DNA from: an uncultured Bacilli bacterium
GTDB lineage: Bacteria > Bacillota_I > Bacilli_A > RF39 > UBA660
Length of the DNA: 43,101 bases
Direction of reading: 5' to 3'
Assembly (NCBI GenBank): GCA_944363885.1
Contig: CALVVO010000004.1
Coordinates: forward strand, 1-43,101
Positions 17,601 to 27,639 of the stretch are shown in pieces. A model generated the notes under the pieces. The model had not been told where the DNA came from and searched no databases. It saw nothing but the letters and a program-made list of their open reading frames with translations. A program made the translations under genes and the position numbers. The stretch's first letter is position 1. The number at the start of each line of letters is the position of its first letter.

Positions 17601-18076
17601 AAAAACTAAAAACTGGTAGAGATGTAGATGAGAGCAGCTTGTCTCATACCAAATGGAACTGTATGTATCATATAGTTTTTATACCAAAATATCGCAGAAA
17701 AAGTATATATGGAAAGCTGCGAAGGGATATTGGCACATACTTAAGACGTTTGTGCGATTATAAAAATGTGGAAATACTTGAGGCAAATGCCTGCATAGAT
17801 CACATACATATGCTTGTAAAAATTCCACCTACATTGAGTATATCACAATTTATGGGATTTCTAAAAGGTAAGAGTGCTCTTATGATTTTTGATAATCATT
17901 CAAATTTGAAATATAAATATGGTCAAAGAACATTTTGGGCTAAAGGATATTATGTGAGTACAGTAGGATTAAATAAAGCTACAATAAAAAATTATATAAA
18001 GAATCAAGAAATAGAAGATAAAATATCTGATGAAAGAAATATAAAAGAATATCAAGACCCTTTTAAGGGTAAGTAG
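17597..18076 (+). CDS. tnpA: IS200/IS605 Y1 (HUH) transposase
   Basis: YHIVFIPKYRR, DHIH (HUH), LKGKSA, FWAKGYY, YIKNQ catalytic Tyr. Confidence 0.97.
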   Translation: MKKLKTGRDVDESSLSHTKWNCMYHIVFIPKYRRKSIYGKLRRDIGTYLRRLCDYKNVEILEANACIDHIHMLVKIPPTLSISQFMGFLKGKSALMIFDNHSNLKYKYGQRTFWAKGYYVSTVGLNKATIKNYIKNQEIEDKISDERNIKEYQDPFKGK

Positions 18077-18150
18077 GTATAGAAGGCAGTTGGCTGACTA
18101 AAAAAGACCCCATGTGGGGTCAGCCAGTAATATACCCTTACAGGGTTACG

Positions 18151-18181
18151 TAAAAACCACTAGTTGAACTAGTGGTTTTTA
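18151..18181. terminator. IS right-end palindrome, likely also a bidirectional terminator for rpmH/tnpA
   Basis: TAAAAACCACTAGTT-G-AACTAGTGGTTTTTA, abutting the rpmH stop codon. Confidence 0.75.
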
Positions 18182-18307
18182 TTATTTTACTAATGTTTTT
18201 CTGCCTTTTTTTCTTCTTGTTGTTAACACGTTGCTATTTTTTCTAGCCATAAATCCTTGTTTTTTTACTTTTTTTAAATTTTTCTTTGCTTTTGGTGTTA
18301 TTTTCAT
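18182..18307 (-). CDS. rpmH: 50S ribosomal protein L34 (41 aa, divergent; absent from ORF track)
   Basis: Manual translation MKITPKAKKNLKKVKKQGFMARKNSNVLTTRRKKGRKTLVK*; SD AAGGAGG; GF.AR and RR.KGRK.L motifs; divergent from dnaA. Confidence 0.92.
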   Translation of the reverse strand: MKITPKAKKNLKKVKKQGFMARKNSNVLTTRRKKGRKTLVK

Positions 18308-18330
18308 AGTTTGCCTCCTTAATCGCACTA

Positions 18331-18359
18331 ATTATATAAAATACAATTTATTTTGTCAA
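18331..18359 (-). promoter_or_regulatory. Consensus sigmaA promoter of rpmH
   Basis: Perfect TTGACA-N17-TATAAT on minus strand. Confidence 0.85.
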
Positions 18360-18401
18360 TAAAATAATATTTTTTCTAAATTTGGTTTACATTATTTTAT
18401 A

Positions 18402-18720
18402 TTGTTAACAATTTTTTTGATAAAAATATTTAAAGTTATGCACATATATTTTTTATTAACAAAAGAATTGTTAATAACTTTACTTTATTTTTCACATATT
18501 TTTCATACTTTTTTTATTTATTAACTTTAGTGTTGATAAGTATATTGACATTTATTAACTTGTTAATAGTAAAATTGTTGATAATGTTGATAACTTATGA
18601 AAATTATTATAGAATAAGAAAAAATTATGTTATTAAGTTGTTGATAACTATGTTTATTATTAAAATTGATTAAAAAATGCTATTAAATTTATAAAAAATG
18701 ATTTACAATTATGTTGAAAG
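18402..18720. other. oriC part 1: DnaA-box cluster upstream of dnaA
   Basis: TTATGCACA 18436; TTATTAACA 18453 and reverse 18469; TGTTGATAA (=TTATCAACA) at 18531, 18576, 18585, 18639; strand bias flips here. Confidence 0.85.
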
Positions 18721-18741
18721 GTACTTGTTTAGGGTGGTTTT

Positions 18742-20136
18742 ATGAGTAAAAGTGAAATTTGGGACAAATTCTTAAAACTTATAATTACTAAAATTTCTAG
18801 TATTTCTTTTCAGACTTGGTTTAAAGATTTAAAGTTACTGGATATTAATGATGATAAAATTACTTTGACAGTTCCTTTTGAAGCTCAAAAGAATCAATTA
18901 ATTAATTTATATTTAGAACTAATTGAGGATATTTTTTCTGAAATTATTGGATTTTCTCAAACGGTAGATATAATTTTAGAGAGTGAAAGTAAAATTAATT
19001 TAAATAATGATGTTGATAACTATGATGTTATTAACATAGATGAGGATGTTCAAAATAAGGATTTAAATGAAGACTATAAATATTATTCTAATTTTAATCA
19101 AAAATACACATTTGAAAATTTTATAGTTGGTGATTCTAATAGATTTGCATATAGTAGTGCTTTGGCAGTTGCTGAAAAACCTGGTAAATTGTATAATCCT
19201 TTATTTTTGTATGGCAAAAGTGGATTAGGTAAAACTCATTTGATGCACGCAATTGGAAATTATTTGTTACAACATTCAAATAAAAAAGTTTTGTACATAA
19301 CTAGTGAACAATTTATAAATGAATTTATAAATTTGACTAAAGATAGTGGAAATAAGGAAGATAATTTAAATTATATTGAATTATTTAAAAGTAAATATCG
19401 TGATATTGATGTTTTAATGATTGATGATATTCAATTTTTAGTCGGAGCAGTTAAAACTCAACAAGAATTTACTAACACTTTTAATAGTTTATATTATGAT
19501 GAAAAACAAATTGTTATTTGTTCCGATAGAAGTGTTGATGATTTAAAATTATTTGAAGAAAGATTAAAGACTAGATTTAATTGGGGACTAAAAGCTATTA
19601 TTTCAGTTCCTGAATTTGATTTAAAAGTAAAGATTATTAAAAATAAAATTAAAAGTGGAGATTTAATTATTGATTTAGATGATAATATTATCGATTTCAT
19701 TGCTGCAAATTGCGGTAGTGATGTTAGAAACTTGGAAGGCGCTATCACTAGATTACATGCTTTTTCTGCTATTATGAATATTAAAAAGTTATCACTAGAT
19801 GACGCAAGGGAAGCTTTAAAAGATTATACAAATAATTCTATTTATGCTCCTAATACAGTTGAAAAAATTCAAAACATAGTAGCTTTATTTTTTGATTTAA
19901 GTATTGATGATTTAAAGGGTAAAAGAAAAAGTAAAGTTATTGCAAACGCAAGGATGATTGCAATGTATTTGTGCAGAACAATGACTGAGGAGACATATCC
20001 TAAAATTGGTTTAGAATTTGGAGGAAGGGATCATTCCACTGTAATTCATGCTTATGAAAAAATAAATAAGGATTTGAAAACAAATGCCGAACTTGATAAA
20101 ATTATAGAGGAGTTAAAGAAAAAAATATGTGAATAA
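18742..20136 (+). CDS. dnaA: Chromosomal replication initiator DnaA
   Basis: YNPLFLYGKSGLGKT, IDDIQ, VRNLEGA, FGGRDHSTVIH. Confidence 0.99.
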   Translation: MSKSEIWDKFLKLIITKISSISFQTWFKDLKLLDINDDKITLTVPFEAQKNQLINLYLELIEDIFSEIIGFSQTVDIILESESKINLNNDVDNYDVINIDEDVQNKDLNEDYKYYSNFNQKYTFENFIVGDSNRFAYSSALAVAEKPGKLYNPLFLYGKSGLGKTHLMHAIGNYLLQHSNKKVLYITSEQFINEFINLTKDSGNKEDNLNYIELFKSKYRDIDVLMIDDIQFLVGAVKTQQEFTNTFNSLYYDEKQIVICSDRSVDDLKLFEERLKTRFNWGLKAIISVPEFDLKVKIIKNKIKSGDLIIDLDDNIIDFIAANCGSDVRNLEGAITRLHAFSAIMNIKKLSLDDAREALKDYTNNSIYAPNTVEKIQNIVALFFDLSIDDLKGKRKSKVIANARMIAMYLCRTMTEETYPKIGLEFGGRDHSTVIHAYEKINKDLKTNAELDKIIEELKKKICE

Positions 20137-20242
20137 ATATTAGTTATTAACATTTTGATTTTTAATATTTATTAATGTTTTTAGGAAAATTTAAATGTTA
20201 TTAACATTATCAACAATGATAATATTAATATATATATATATT
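20128..20242 (+). other. oriC part 2: DnaA boxes, trio-like repeats and AT-rich unwinding element
   Basis: TGTGAATAA 20128, TTATTAACA 20144, tandem TTATTAACA-TTATCAACA 20198-20215, then ATA-ATA-TTA-ATA and (AT)n; Bacillus-like bipartite layout. Confidence 0.8.
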
Positions 20243-20261
20243 AAAGAAAGGATTGATTTAA

Positions 20262-21383
20262 ATGAAATTTAAAATTAAAAAAAATATTTTATTAGAGGGA
20301 TTAAATAATGTTAGTAAAGCTTTATCTAATAGAAATATTATTCCTATATTAAACGGAATATTGTTTGAACTTAATAGTGATGGTTTGTCTTTAATGGCTA
20401 CAGATAATGATTTGACTATAAAAACTTTTATAAAAAAAGAAAATATATTAAATATAGAAAATGAAGGAAAAATTGTTATTATTGGTAGATATATTTTAGA
20501 TATTGTTAGAAAATTACCTTTTGAGGAAATTGAAATTGAGGATATAGATGGTGGAAAAGCAATAATATCAACGCCTAACGCTAGATATAATTTAAATTGT
20601 TTTGATACTAATGATTTTCCTAAAATTGACATTTCTGAAAATGATAAACCTATTAAAATATTATCAGGAAAATTTAAAGAGATAGTTAATCAAACTGTAT
20701 TTTCTACTTCAACACAAGAAAGTAGACCTTTATTAACTGGTATTAATTTAAAAATAATTGGAGATTTACTTGAAACGGTTGCTACTGATTCTTATAGATT
20801 GTCTAAAAAAATTATTAAATTAGGAAAAGATATAAATAATAATATAAATATAGTAATTCCTGCTAAAAATGTGATTGAGTTGATTAAAATTTTAGAAAAT
20901 GAAGAAAGTGAATTGATTTTGTATTGTTTTAGTAATAAAGTATTATTTAAATATGAAAATATTTTGTTTCAATCAAGTTTGCTAAATGGTACTTATCCAA
21001 ATACTGATACTTTAATTCCTACGGATTTTGAAACAAAATTATTAGTAAATTTAACTGATTTTTATGATGTAGTAGATCGAGCATCACTTTTGACACAAGT
21101 AAAAGATAAAAACATTGTTCAACTTGAAATAAAAGATAGTAACATAATTATAACTAGTTCAAGTCCAGAAATAGGAAAGGTTGAAGAAGTTATGGCAGTT
21201 AAAATTTTATCTGGATCTAATATGAAAATTTCTTTTAGTGCTAAATATATGATGGATGCATTAAAGAGTTTTGTCTCTGAAGAGGTTATAATAATGTTGA
21301 ATGGTGAAATAAAACCAATCATAATTAAAGAAACAGAAGAAGGAGATTTAACTCAATTAATTTTGCCAATTAAGACCTACTAA
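20262..21383 (+). CDS. dnaN: DNA polymerase III beta clamp
   Basis: ESRPLLTG, VATDSYRL, YP, QLILPI; follows dnaA. Confidence 0.97.
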   Translation: MKFKIKKNILLEGLNNVSKALSNRNIIPILNGILFELNSDGLSLMATDNDLTIKTFIKKENILNIENEGKIVIIGRYILDIVRKLPFEEIEIEDIDGGKAIISTPNARYNLNCFDTNDFPKIDISENDKPIKILSGKFKEIVNQTVFSTSTQESRPLLTGINLKIIGDLLETVATDSYRLSKKIIKLGKDINNNINIVIPAKNVIELIKILENEESELILYCFSNKVLFKYENILFQSSLLNGTYPNTDTLIPTDFETKLLVNLTDFYDVVDRASLLTQVKDKNIVQLEIKDSNIIITSSSPEIGKVEEVMAVKILSGSNMKISFSAKYMMDALKSFVSEEVIIMLNGEIKPIIIKETEEGDLTQLILPIKTY

Positions 21384-21398
21384 AAAAAATTCTTTTTT

Positions 21399-21442
21399 TT
21401 TGACAAAATTCGACAAATTTTGACATTGCTTTATGATATAAT
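21399..21442 (+). promoter_or_regulatory. Three 10-bp-phased Spo0A-box-like repeats plus extended -10 upstream of comK
   Basis: TTTGACA 21399, TTCGACA 21409 (exact reverse of TGTCGAA), TTTGACA 21419; TGATATAAT 21434-42. Confidence 0.65.
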
Positions 21443-21474
21443 TAAAGTATTAATTTCAAAAAGGGGGTGATATT

Positions 21475-21927
21475 ATGGATTATGAAATTAATAATGAAAC
21501 ACTTTATATTTGTTCATTAGGCGATAAAAAAAGTAAAATTTATGAGTCTAATAATGAGTATGAAGTAAACCTAAATACTAGCAAAGTTATTGAACATAGT
21601 TGTGAATATTTCGGTTCTACAATGGAAGGAAGACAATTAGGAACAAAAGCTTTAATTGGAGTAACTCATAAATCTCCTATATACATTGAAGAAAGTTCTA
21701 ATATTATATTTTTTCCATTAAATTCACCAAGAAATGAAAATTGTTCTTGGGTTAGTTTTAATAATATTTTAAGTTATAAGCAGGGAAAAGATTCAAAATC
21801 TACTATTATTAAATTTAAAAATGGTAAGGAATTAGAAGTTTTAGCAAGTATAGGTACAGTAACTAATCAAATTTTGCGTTCATCCAGGTTACAAGTTGTA
21901 TTAAATGATAGAAAACAAAGAATTTGA
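21475..21927 (+). CDS. comK: ComK-family competence transcription factor
   Basis: YEIN..T, SC.YFGST.EGR..GTK.LIGVTHKSPI, FFP..SP....C.W; SD AGGGGG. Confidence 0.88.
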   Translation: MDYEINNETLYICSLGDKKSKIYESNNEYEVNLNTSKVIEHSCEYFGSTMEGRQLGTKALIGVTHKSPIYIEESSNIIFFPLNSPRNENCSWVSFNNILSYKQGKDSKSTIIKFKNGKELEVLASIGTVTNQILRSSRLQVVLNDRKQRI

Positions 21928-21960
21928 TAGAAATTAGGACATATTTGTGATATAATTATT

Positions 21961-21990
21961 AATAGGTATAGGTGTACTCGTATACCTATT
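21961..21990 (+). terminator. Hairpin between comK and recF
   Basis: AATAGGTATA-N10-TATACCTATT; lies just downstream of extended -10 TGATATAAT (21948-56), so it may be a recF 5'UTR structure instead. Confidence 0.45.
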
Positions 21991-22023
21991 ATTTAATTTG
22001 TACGGGGCAAAAGAGGTTTTAAA

Positions 22024-23109
22024 ATGAATATTACTGACTTAGAATTAACAAATTTTAGAAATTATAAAAAATTTAAATTATGCAATTTAAAAAAAACTAA
22101 TATTATAATTGGTAAAAATGGAGTTGGTAAAACTACAATTTTAGAGGCAATATATGTATTATGTTTAGCAAGAAGTTTTAAAACAAATTTAGAGTCAAGT
22201 CTTATTAAAATTAATGAAGATTATCTTAGAATAAAAGGAAATATATTAAATGATGTTAAGTCTATAAAGTTGGAATATTTATTAACAAAATCTGGAAAAA
22301 AAACAAAAATAAATGGAAAATTAAAAAACAGAATTAGTGATTTTATAAGTCAATATAAAGTTGTCTTGTATGCTCCTGATGAAATTAAATTTATTAAAGA
22401 TTCGCCCGGAAATAGAAGAAGTTATATTAACATAAGTATATCTCAGATAAGCAAACCTTATATAAGATTATTAAATGATTATAATATTTTAATAAAAAAT
22501 AAAAATGATTATTATAAAAAAGTATATATAAATTCTTTTATTGATGAATCTTATTTAGATGTTTTAGATAGAAAAATTTCTGAATTAGGTTATGAAATTT
22601 TTAAAATTAGAAAATCTTATATTGAAAATATCAATAAATATTTAAAAAAAATAGTAAAAAAAATGAATATTACCGATGATTTATATATTAATTATATTTC
22701 GCTATATAATGGTTTGAATGAAAAAAAATTTTTAGAATTATTAAGAAAAAATAGAAAAAGTGAACTTCAGTATGGAATTACTAAAACGGGTATTCATAGG
22801 GATGATTTTGAATTTTTAATAAAAAAACAAAGTGTTAGAGATTATTGTTCTCAAGGTGTTCAAAAAATGGTTATGCTATCATTTAAACTTGCTGAATTGG
22901 AGGTTTTAATTAAGGAATATTTTGAGGAGCCAATTTTATTATTAGATGATTTATTTAGTGAATTAGATGAAATAAATCAAAATATAGTTTTAGATAGTTT
23001 AAATAAAAATATTCAAATTTTTATAACTACTACAGATGTTAATAATATAAAGAAAAAAATATTAAAAAGTGCAAAAATTATAGATTTAGATGGGATGGTA
23101 GATGTATGA
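22024..23109 (+). CDS. recF: DNA replication/repair protein RecF
   Basis: [33 protein letters not shown]. Confidence 0.95.
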   Translation: MNITDLELTNFRNYKKFKLCNLKKTNIIIGKNGVGKTTILEAIYVLCLARSFKTNLESSLIKINEDYLRIKGNILNDVKSIKLEYLLTKSGKKTKINGKLKNRISDFISQYKVVLYAPDEIKFIKDSPGNRRSYINISISQISKPYIRLLNDYNILIKNKNDYYKKVYINSFIDESYLDVLDRKISELGYEIFKIRKSYIENINKYLKKIVKKMNITDDLYINYISLYNGLNEKKFLELLRKNRKSELQYGITKTGIHRDDFEFLIKKQSVRDYCSQGVQKMVMLSFKLAELEVLIKEYFEEPILLLDDLFSELDEINQNIVLDSLNKNIQIFITTTDVNNIKKKILKSAKIIDLDGMVDV

Positions 23110-25019
23110 AAAGTGATAATTATGGAGTCGAATCAATTCAAGTTTTGGAAGGATTAGAGGCAGTTAGAAAAAGACCTGGTATGTATATTGGAACTACTGG
23201 AGAAAGGGGTTTGCATCATTTAGTATGGGAAATTGTCGATAATGCTGTAGATGAAGCTTTGGCAGGTTTTTGTGATGATATAGAAATTGTAATTAATACT
23301 GATGAATCTGTTACAGTAAAAGATGATGGTAGAGGTATTCCTACAGGCATACATCCTAAAACTGGAATTTCTACTGTCGAAACTATTTTTACTGTTCTTC
23401 ATGCTGGTGGTAAATTTGGCGGTGGAGGATATAAAGTAAGCGGCGGACTTCATGGAGTTGGAGCAAGTGTTGTAAATGCCTTAAGTAGTTGGTTAGAAGT
23501 TAGAATTTATCAAAATGAAAATGTATATTTTGAAAGATTTGAAAATGGTGGACATTCTGTAAAACCTTTAGAAATAATAGATACATGTGATAAAAATAGG
23601 ACAGGGACTGTTGTAACATTTAAACCTGATCCAGAAATTTTTAAAGAAACTACTATATTTGATTATGATACATTAAAAAATCGTGCTAGGGAATTAGCAT
23701 TTTTGAATAAAGGACTTAGAATTAAACTAATAGATTTGAGAAATGATAAAAGTGAAGAATTTTTGTATAATGGTGGACTTATTGAATATGTAAGAATGTT
23801 AAATGAAAATAAAAAACCTATTCATGATTCAATTATTTATGTTGAAGGAAGTGAATCTGACGTTGAGATAGAAGTTGCAATGCAGTATAACGACGGCTAT
23901 TCCTCAAATATTTATTCTTTTACCAATAATATAAATACTCTTGAAGGTGGAACTCATGAAGATGGTGTTAAAATGGCTTTGTCGAGAGTTATTAATAATT
24001 ATGCGAAAAAAAATAATTTTATTAAGACTAATGAAGATAGTTTGTCTATAGATGATGTTAAAGAGGGAGTAACTATGATTATTTCTTGTAAACATCCTGA
24101 TCCTCAATTCGAAGGTCAAACTAAGACAAAGTTGGGTAATGTTGAGGTAAAAAAGATTTCATCTAATATTTTTGGTAATGGTCTTGAAAAGTTTTTATTA
24201 GAAAATCCAAATGAAGCAAAAATTATTATTGAAAAGGCAATGTTAGCTAGTAGGGCTAGGATGGCTGCGAAAAAAGCAAGAGAATTGACTAGAAGAAAAA
24301 GTGATTTGGATGTTGTTAATTTTGGAGGAAAACTTGTTGATTGTAAGGAAAAAGATCCGTCAGTCTGTGAAATTTTTCTAGTCGAAGGGGATAGTGCCGG
24401 TGGTTCTGCTATAAAAGGTAGAGATAGTATGACTCAAGCAATTTTGCCATTAAGAGGAAAAATTTTAAATGTTGAAAAAGCTAGAATTGATAGAGCTTTA
24501 AGTAATGAAGAGATTAGAACAATAATAACAGCTTTTGGTACTGGAATTGGTGATGATTTTGATATTAGCAAGTTAAGATATAATAAAATTATCATTATGA
24601 CCGATGCTGATGTGGACGGCTCACATATTAGAGTTCTTTTGTTAACATTATTTTATAGATTTTTTAGACCAATTGTTGAACAGGGTCATGTCTATGCAGC
24701 TCAGCCACCATTGTTTTGTATTAAGCATGGTAAGACAATAAAATATGTTTTAAATCTGGAAGAAAGGGATGCTTATTTATCAACTTTAAATGCTAATACG
24801 AAGTATGATATTATGCGTATGAAAGGTTTAGGTGAAATGGATCCTGAAGAGCTTAATGAAACAACAATGGATATTGAAAAAAGAGTATTGAGAAAAATTA
24901 CAGTAGATGATGTAATTGCAGCAGATGCTTCTTTCTCTAAATTAATGGGAGAAGAAGTTGAACCTAGAAAGAAATTTATTGAAGAAAACGCAAAATATGC
25001 GCAGAATTTAGATATATAG
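23106..25019 (+). CDS. gyrB: DNA gyrase subunit B
   Basis: [36 protein letters not shown]. Confidence 0.97.
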   Translation: MKSDNYGVESIQVLEGLEAVRKRPGMYIGTTGERGLHHLVWEIVDNAVDEALAGFCDDIEIVINTDESVTVKDDGRGIPTGIHPKTGISTVETIFTVLHAGGKFGGGGYKVSGGLHGVGASVVNALSSWLEVRIYQNENVYFERFENGGHSVKPLEIIDTCDKNRTGTVVTFKPDPEIFKETTIFDYDTLKNRARELAFLNKGLRIKLIDLRNDKSEEFLYNGGLIEYVRMLNENKKPIHDSIIYVEGSESDVEIEVAMQYNDGYSSNIYSFTNNINTLEGGTHEDGVKMALSRVINNYAKKNNFIKTNEDSLSIDDVKEGVTMIISCKHPDPQFEGQTKTKLGNVEVKKISSNIFGNGLEKFLLENPNEAKIIIEKAMLASRARMAAKKARELTRRKSDLDVVNFGGKLVDCKEKDPSVCEIFLVEGDSAGGSAIKGRDSMTQAILPLRGKILNVEKARIDRALSNEEIRTIITAFGTGIGDDFDISKLRYNKIIIMTDADVDGSHIRVLLLTLFYRFFRPIVEQGHVYAAQPPLFCIKHGKTIKYVLNLEERDAYLSTLNANTKYDIMRMKGLGEMDPEELNETTMDIEKRVLRKITVDDVIAADASFSKLMGEEVEPRKKFIEENAKYAQNLDI

Positions 25020-25029
25020 GAGGTAAAAA

Positions 25030-27453
25030 ATGGATCACATTAGGGACAGGTTGGAAGAAAATAATATTGTGAATGAAATTGAAACATCATTTTTAGAATA
25101 TTCTATGAGTGTTATAGTTTCGCGTGCTTTGCCTGATTTAAGGGATGGTCTTAAACCTGTACATAGAAGAATTTTGTATTCTATGTATGAATCAGGTTAT
25201 ACGCCAGATAAACCACATAAAAAATCTGCTAGAATAGTTGGGGATGTTATGGGTAAATATCACCCTCATGGGGATTCTTCTATATATGAAGCAATGGTTA
25301 GAATGGCACAAGATTTTAACTATAGATATATGTTAATAGATGGTCATGGTAATTTTGGTAATATTGAAGGGTATGGTGCCGCAGCAATGCGTTATACTGA
25401 ATCAAGGTTATCTAAAATATCTCTTGAATTACTAAGAGATATTGGTAAAAATACGGTTGATTTTGAACCAAACTTTGATGAATCTGAAAAAGAACCTAAA
25501 ATTTTACCGTCAAGATTTCCAAATATTTTGGTTAATGGTACTATGGGAATTGCTGTGGGTATGGCAACAAATATTCCACCACATAATTTGGGTGAAGTTA
25601 TTGATGGTTGTATAGCATATATTGATAATCCGGATATTGATGTTCTTGGTTTAATGCAATATATTAAAGGTCCGGATTTTTCAACTGGCGCAATTATATT
25701 AGGTAATAGTGGAATTAAACAAGCTTATGAAACTGGAAGGGGTTCAATAACTTTAAGAAGTAAGGCAACTATAGAAGAAAAAAATGGCAAACATTTAATC
25801 GTTATAGATGAAGTCCCTTATGGAGTCAATACTTTGGAATTAAAAAATAAAGTAGCAGAGTTAGTTCATAATAAGACGATTGATGGCATTTCTGATTATC
25901 ATACTGATTTAAAAAATGGAGTCAAAATTACAATAACTTTAAAAAAAGATGCAAATCCTCAGGTTGTTTTAAATAATTTGTATAAACACACAGCATTTCA
26001 ATCTAATTTTGGAATTATTTTCTTGATGTTGGATAATGGAGTTCCAAAAACTTTAGGTTTAAAAGATATAATTTCAAAATATATTGATTACCAAAAAGAA
26101 ATAATAATTCGTAGAACTAGATTTGACTTAGAAAAAAATGAAAAAAGAGTTCATATTTTAGAAGGTTTAAAAATAGCATTAGATAATATTGACGAAGTTA
26201 TAAAAATCATAAAAGAGTCTAAGAGTGATTTGATAGCAAAAGAAAAATTGATGTCACGTTTTGAACTAAGTGAAATACAAGCTGACAGTATTTTAGAAAT
26301 GAAATTACGTCGTTTAACTGGTTTAGAACGTGATAAAATTGAAAATGAACTTGCAGAATTATTGAAAGAAATAGATCGATTGAAAGCAATTTTAGCTAGT
26401 GAAAAGTTAGTTGAAGGTATTATTAAAGACGAATTAACTGAAATAAAGAACAAATATTCGGATTTTAGACGTACTATGATAGATATGAGCGCAATTGAAT
26501 ATATAGAGGATGAATCATTGATACCTGAGGAAAATATTGTTTTAACAATAACTAACAAAAATTATATAAAGAGGGTCAATAGCGATATTTATAAAACTCA
26601 AAACCGCGGTGGAGTTGGTGTTAAAGGTATGGCAACTAATGATGAAGATTTTGTTAAGCAAATTATTAACTTGAATACTCATGATTATGTTCTATTTTTC
26701 TCAAACAAAGGTAAGGTATATAGGTTAAAAGGATATGAAATTCCAGAATTTAGTAGAATATCTAAAGGGTTACCAATTGTAAATTTATTACCAATTGAAA
26801 AGGATGAAGTTATTAACACAATTTTGGTTTTGGAAAGAAATACTACTTATCAACATTTAATTTTTGCTACTAAAAATGGTTTGGTAAAAAAGACAAATAT
26901 AAGTGAATTTGATAACATACGCAAAAATGGAAAATTAGCTATTACTTTGAGAGAAAATGATGAGTTGATAGCTGTTAGAAAATCTAAAAAAGATGATAAG
27001 ATTCTTATGTGTTCATCTAATGGTAGAATGGTAAAATTCAGTGAAAATGAGTTGCGTGCTATGGGAAGAAGTGCTTCAGGTGTAAGAGGTATAAATCTAG
27101 TTAATGATTTATGTGTAGGGTTAGAAGTTGCTACTGATTCAATGCAAGCATTGGTTGTTACAAAAAATGGTTATGGTAAAAAAACAGTTATTAATAATTA
27201 TAGAGAAACAAAAAGAGGAAGCAAAGGCGTAAAAACTTTGAAAATAACCGAAAAAAATGGCAATATTATTGGATTTAAAACCGTAAATGAAAATTGTGAT
27301 TTGATGATTATAACAAAGAACGGAATTATTATAAGAATAGATATTAACAATATTTCATTAATGGGCAGAGTTACTCAAGGAGTTAAGTTAATAAATGTAA
27401 AAAATGATAATTTTGTAACTTCTATTGCATTGGTAGAAAAGGAAGAAAATTAA
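25030..27453 (+). CDS. gyrA: DNA gyrase subunit A
   Basis: HPHGDS, AAMRY, GyrA-box QNRGGVG. Confidence 0.97.
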   Translation: MDHIRDRLEENNIVNEIETSFLEYSMSVIVSRALPDLRDGLKPVHRRILYSMYESGYTPDKPHKKSARIVGDVMGKYHPHGDSSIYEAMVRMAQDFNYRYMLIDGHGNFGNIEGYGAAAMRYTESRLSKISLELLRDIGKNTVDFEPNFDESEKEPKILPSRFPNILVNGTMGIAVGMATNIPPHNLGEVIDGCIAYIDNPDIDVLGLMQYIKGPDFSTGAIILGNSGIKQAYETGRGSITLRSKATIEEKNGKHLIVIDEVPYGVNTLELKNKVAELVHNKTIDGISDYHTDLKNGVKITITLKKDANPQVVLNNLYKHTAFQSNFGIIFLMLDNGVPKTLGLKDIISKYIDYQKEIIIRRTRFDLEKNEKRVHILEGLKIALDNIDEVIKIIKESKSDLIAKEKLMSRFELSEIQADSILEMKLRRLTGLERDKIENELAELLKEIDRLKAILASEKLVEGIIKDELTEIKNKYSDFRRTMIDMSAIEYIEDESLIPEENIVLTITNKNYIKRVNSDIYKTQNRGGVGVKGMATNDEDFVKQIINLNTHDYVLFFSNKGKVYRLKGYEIPEFSRISKGLPIVNLLPIEKDEVINTILVLERNTTYQHLIFATKNGLVKKTNISEFDNIRKNGKLAITLRENDELIAVRKSKKDDKILMCSSNGRMVKFSENELRAMGRSASGVRGINLVNDLCVGLEVATDSMQALVVTKNGYGKKTVINNYRETKRGSKGVKTLKITEKNGNIIGFKTVNENCDLMIITKNGIIIRIDINNISLMGRVTQGVKLINVKNDNFVTSIALVEKEEN

Positions 27454-27483
27454 AATGTTCCACGTGGAACATTTTAATTTTCT
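27444..27483. promoter_or_regulatory. parS site 1 (core 27456-27471) within a 40-bp perfect palindrome overlapping the gyrA stop
   Basis: AGAAAATTAAAA-TGTTCCACGTGGAACA-TTTTAATTTTCT. Confidence 0.9.
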
Positions 27484-27518
27484 AAAAAATATATAGTTTT
27501 TCAATATAATAATTTCAA

Positions 27519-27534
27519 TGTTCCACGTGGAACA
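27519..27534. promoter_or_regulatory. parS site 2
   Basis: TGTTCCACGTGGAACA. Confidence 0.92.
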
Positions 27535-27623
27535 TTAATCTTTTTATGTTTAATTTTAAACAAACTCATTAAAAATAAACATTATTTTACTAAACTATGG
27601 CATAATTTTTGAATATAAAACAA

Positions 27624-27639
27624 TGTTCCACGTGGAACA
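27624..27639. promoter_or_regulatory. parS site 3
   Basis: TGTTCCACGTGGAACA. Confidence 0.92.

Larger units (their letters stand above)
17453..18181 (+). mobile_element. IS200/IS605-family insertion sequence (TnpA only); ends approximate
   Basis: Y1 transposase flanked by hairpins TGTTTGACCA-ATA-TGGTCAAACA (17453-75), TACCGGC-TAT-GCCGGTA (17483-99) and a 31-bp palindrome (18151-81); sits between rpmH and rnpA. Confidence 0.85.

Noticed and set aside
17597-18181. TnpB/IscB RNA-guided system or REP-associated transposase
   Set aside because: No nuclease ORF follows tnpA, the protein is a typical IS200 TnpA, and flanking hairpins are not repeated REP units.
27456-27639. Three identical palindromic repeats as a mini CRISPR array
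   Set aside because: Repeats are 16-20 bp, gaps are unequal (47 and 89 bp), there are no cas genes, and the sequence equals parS.
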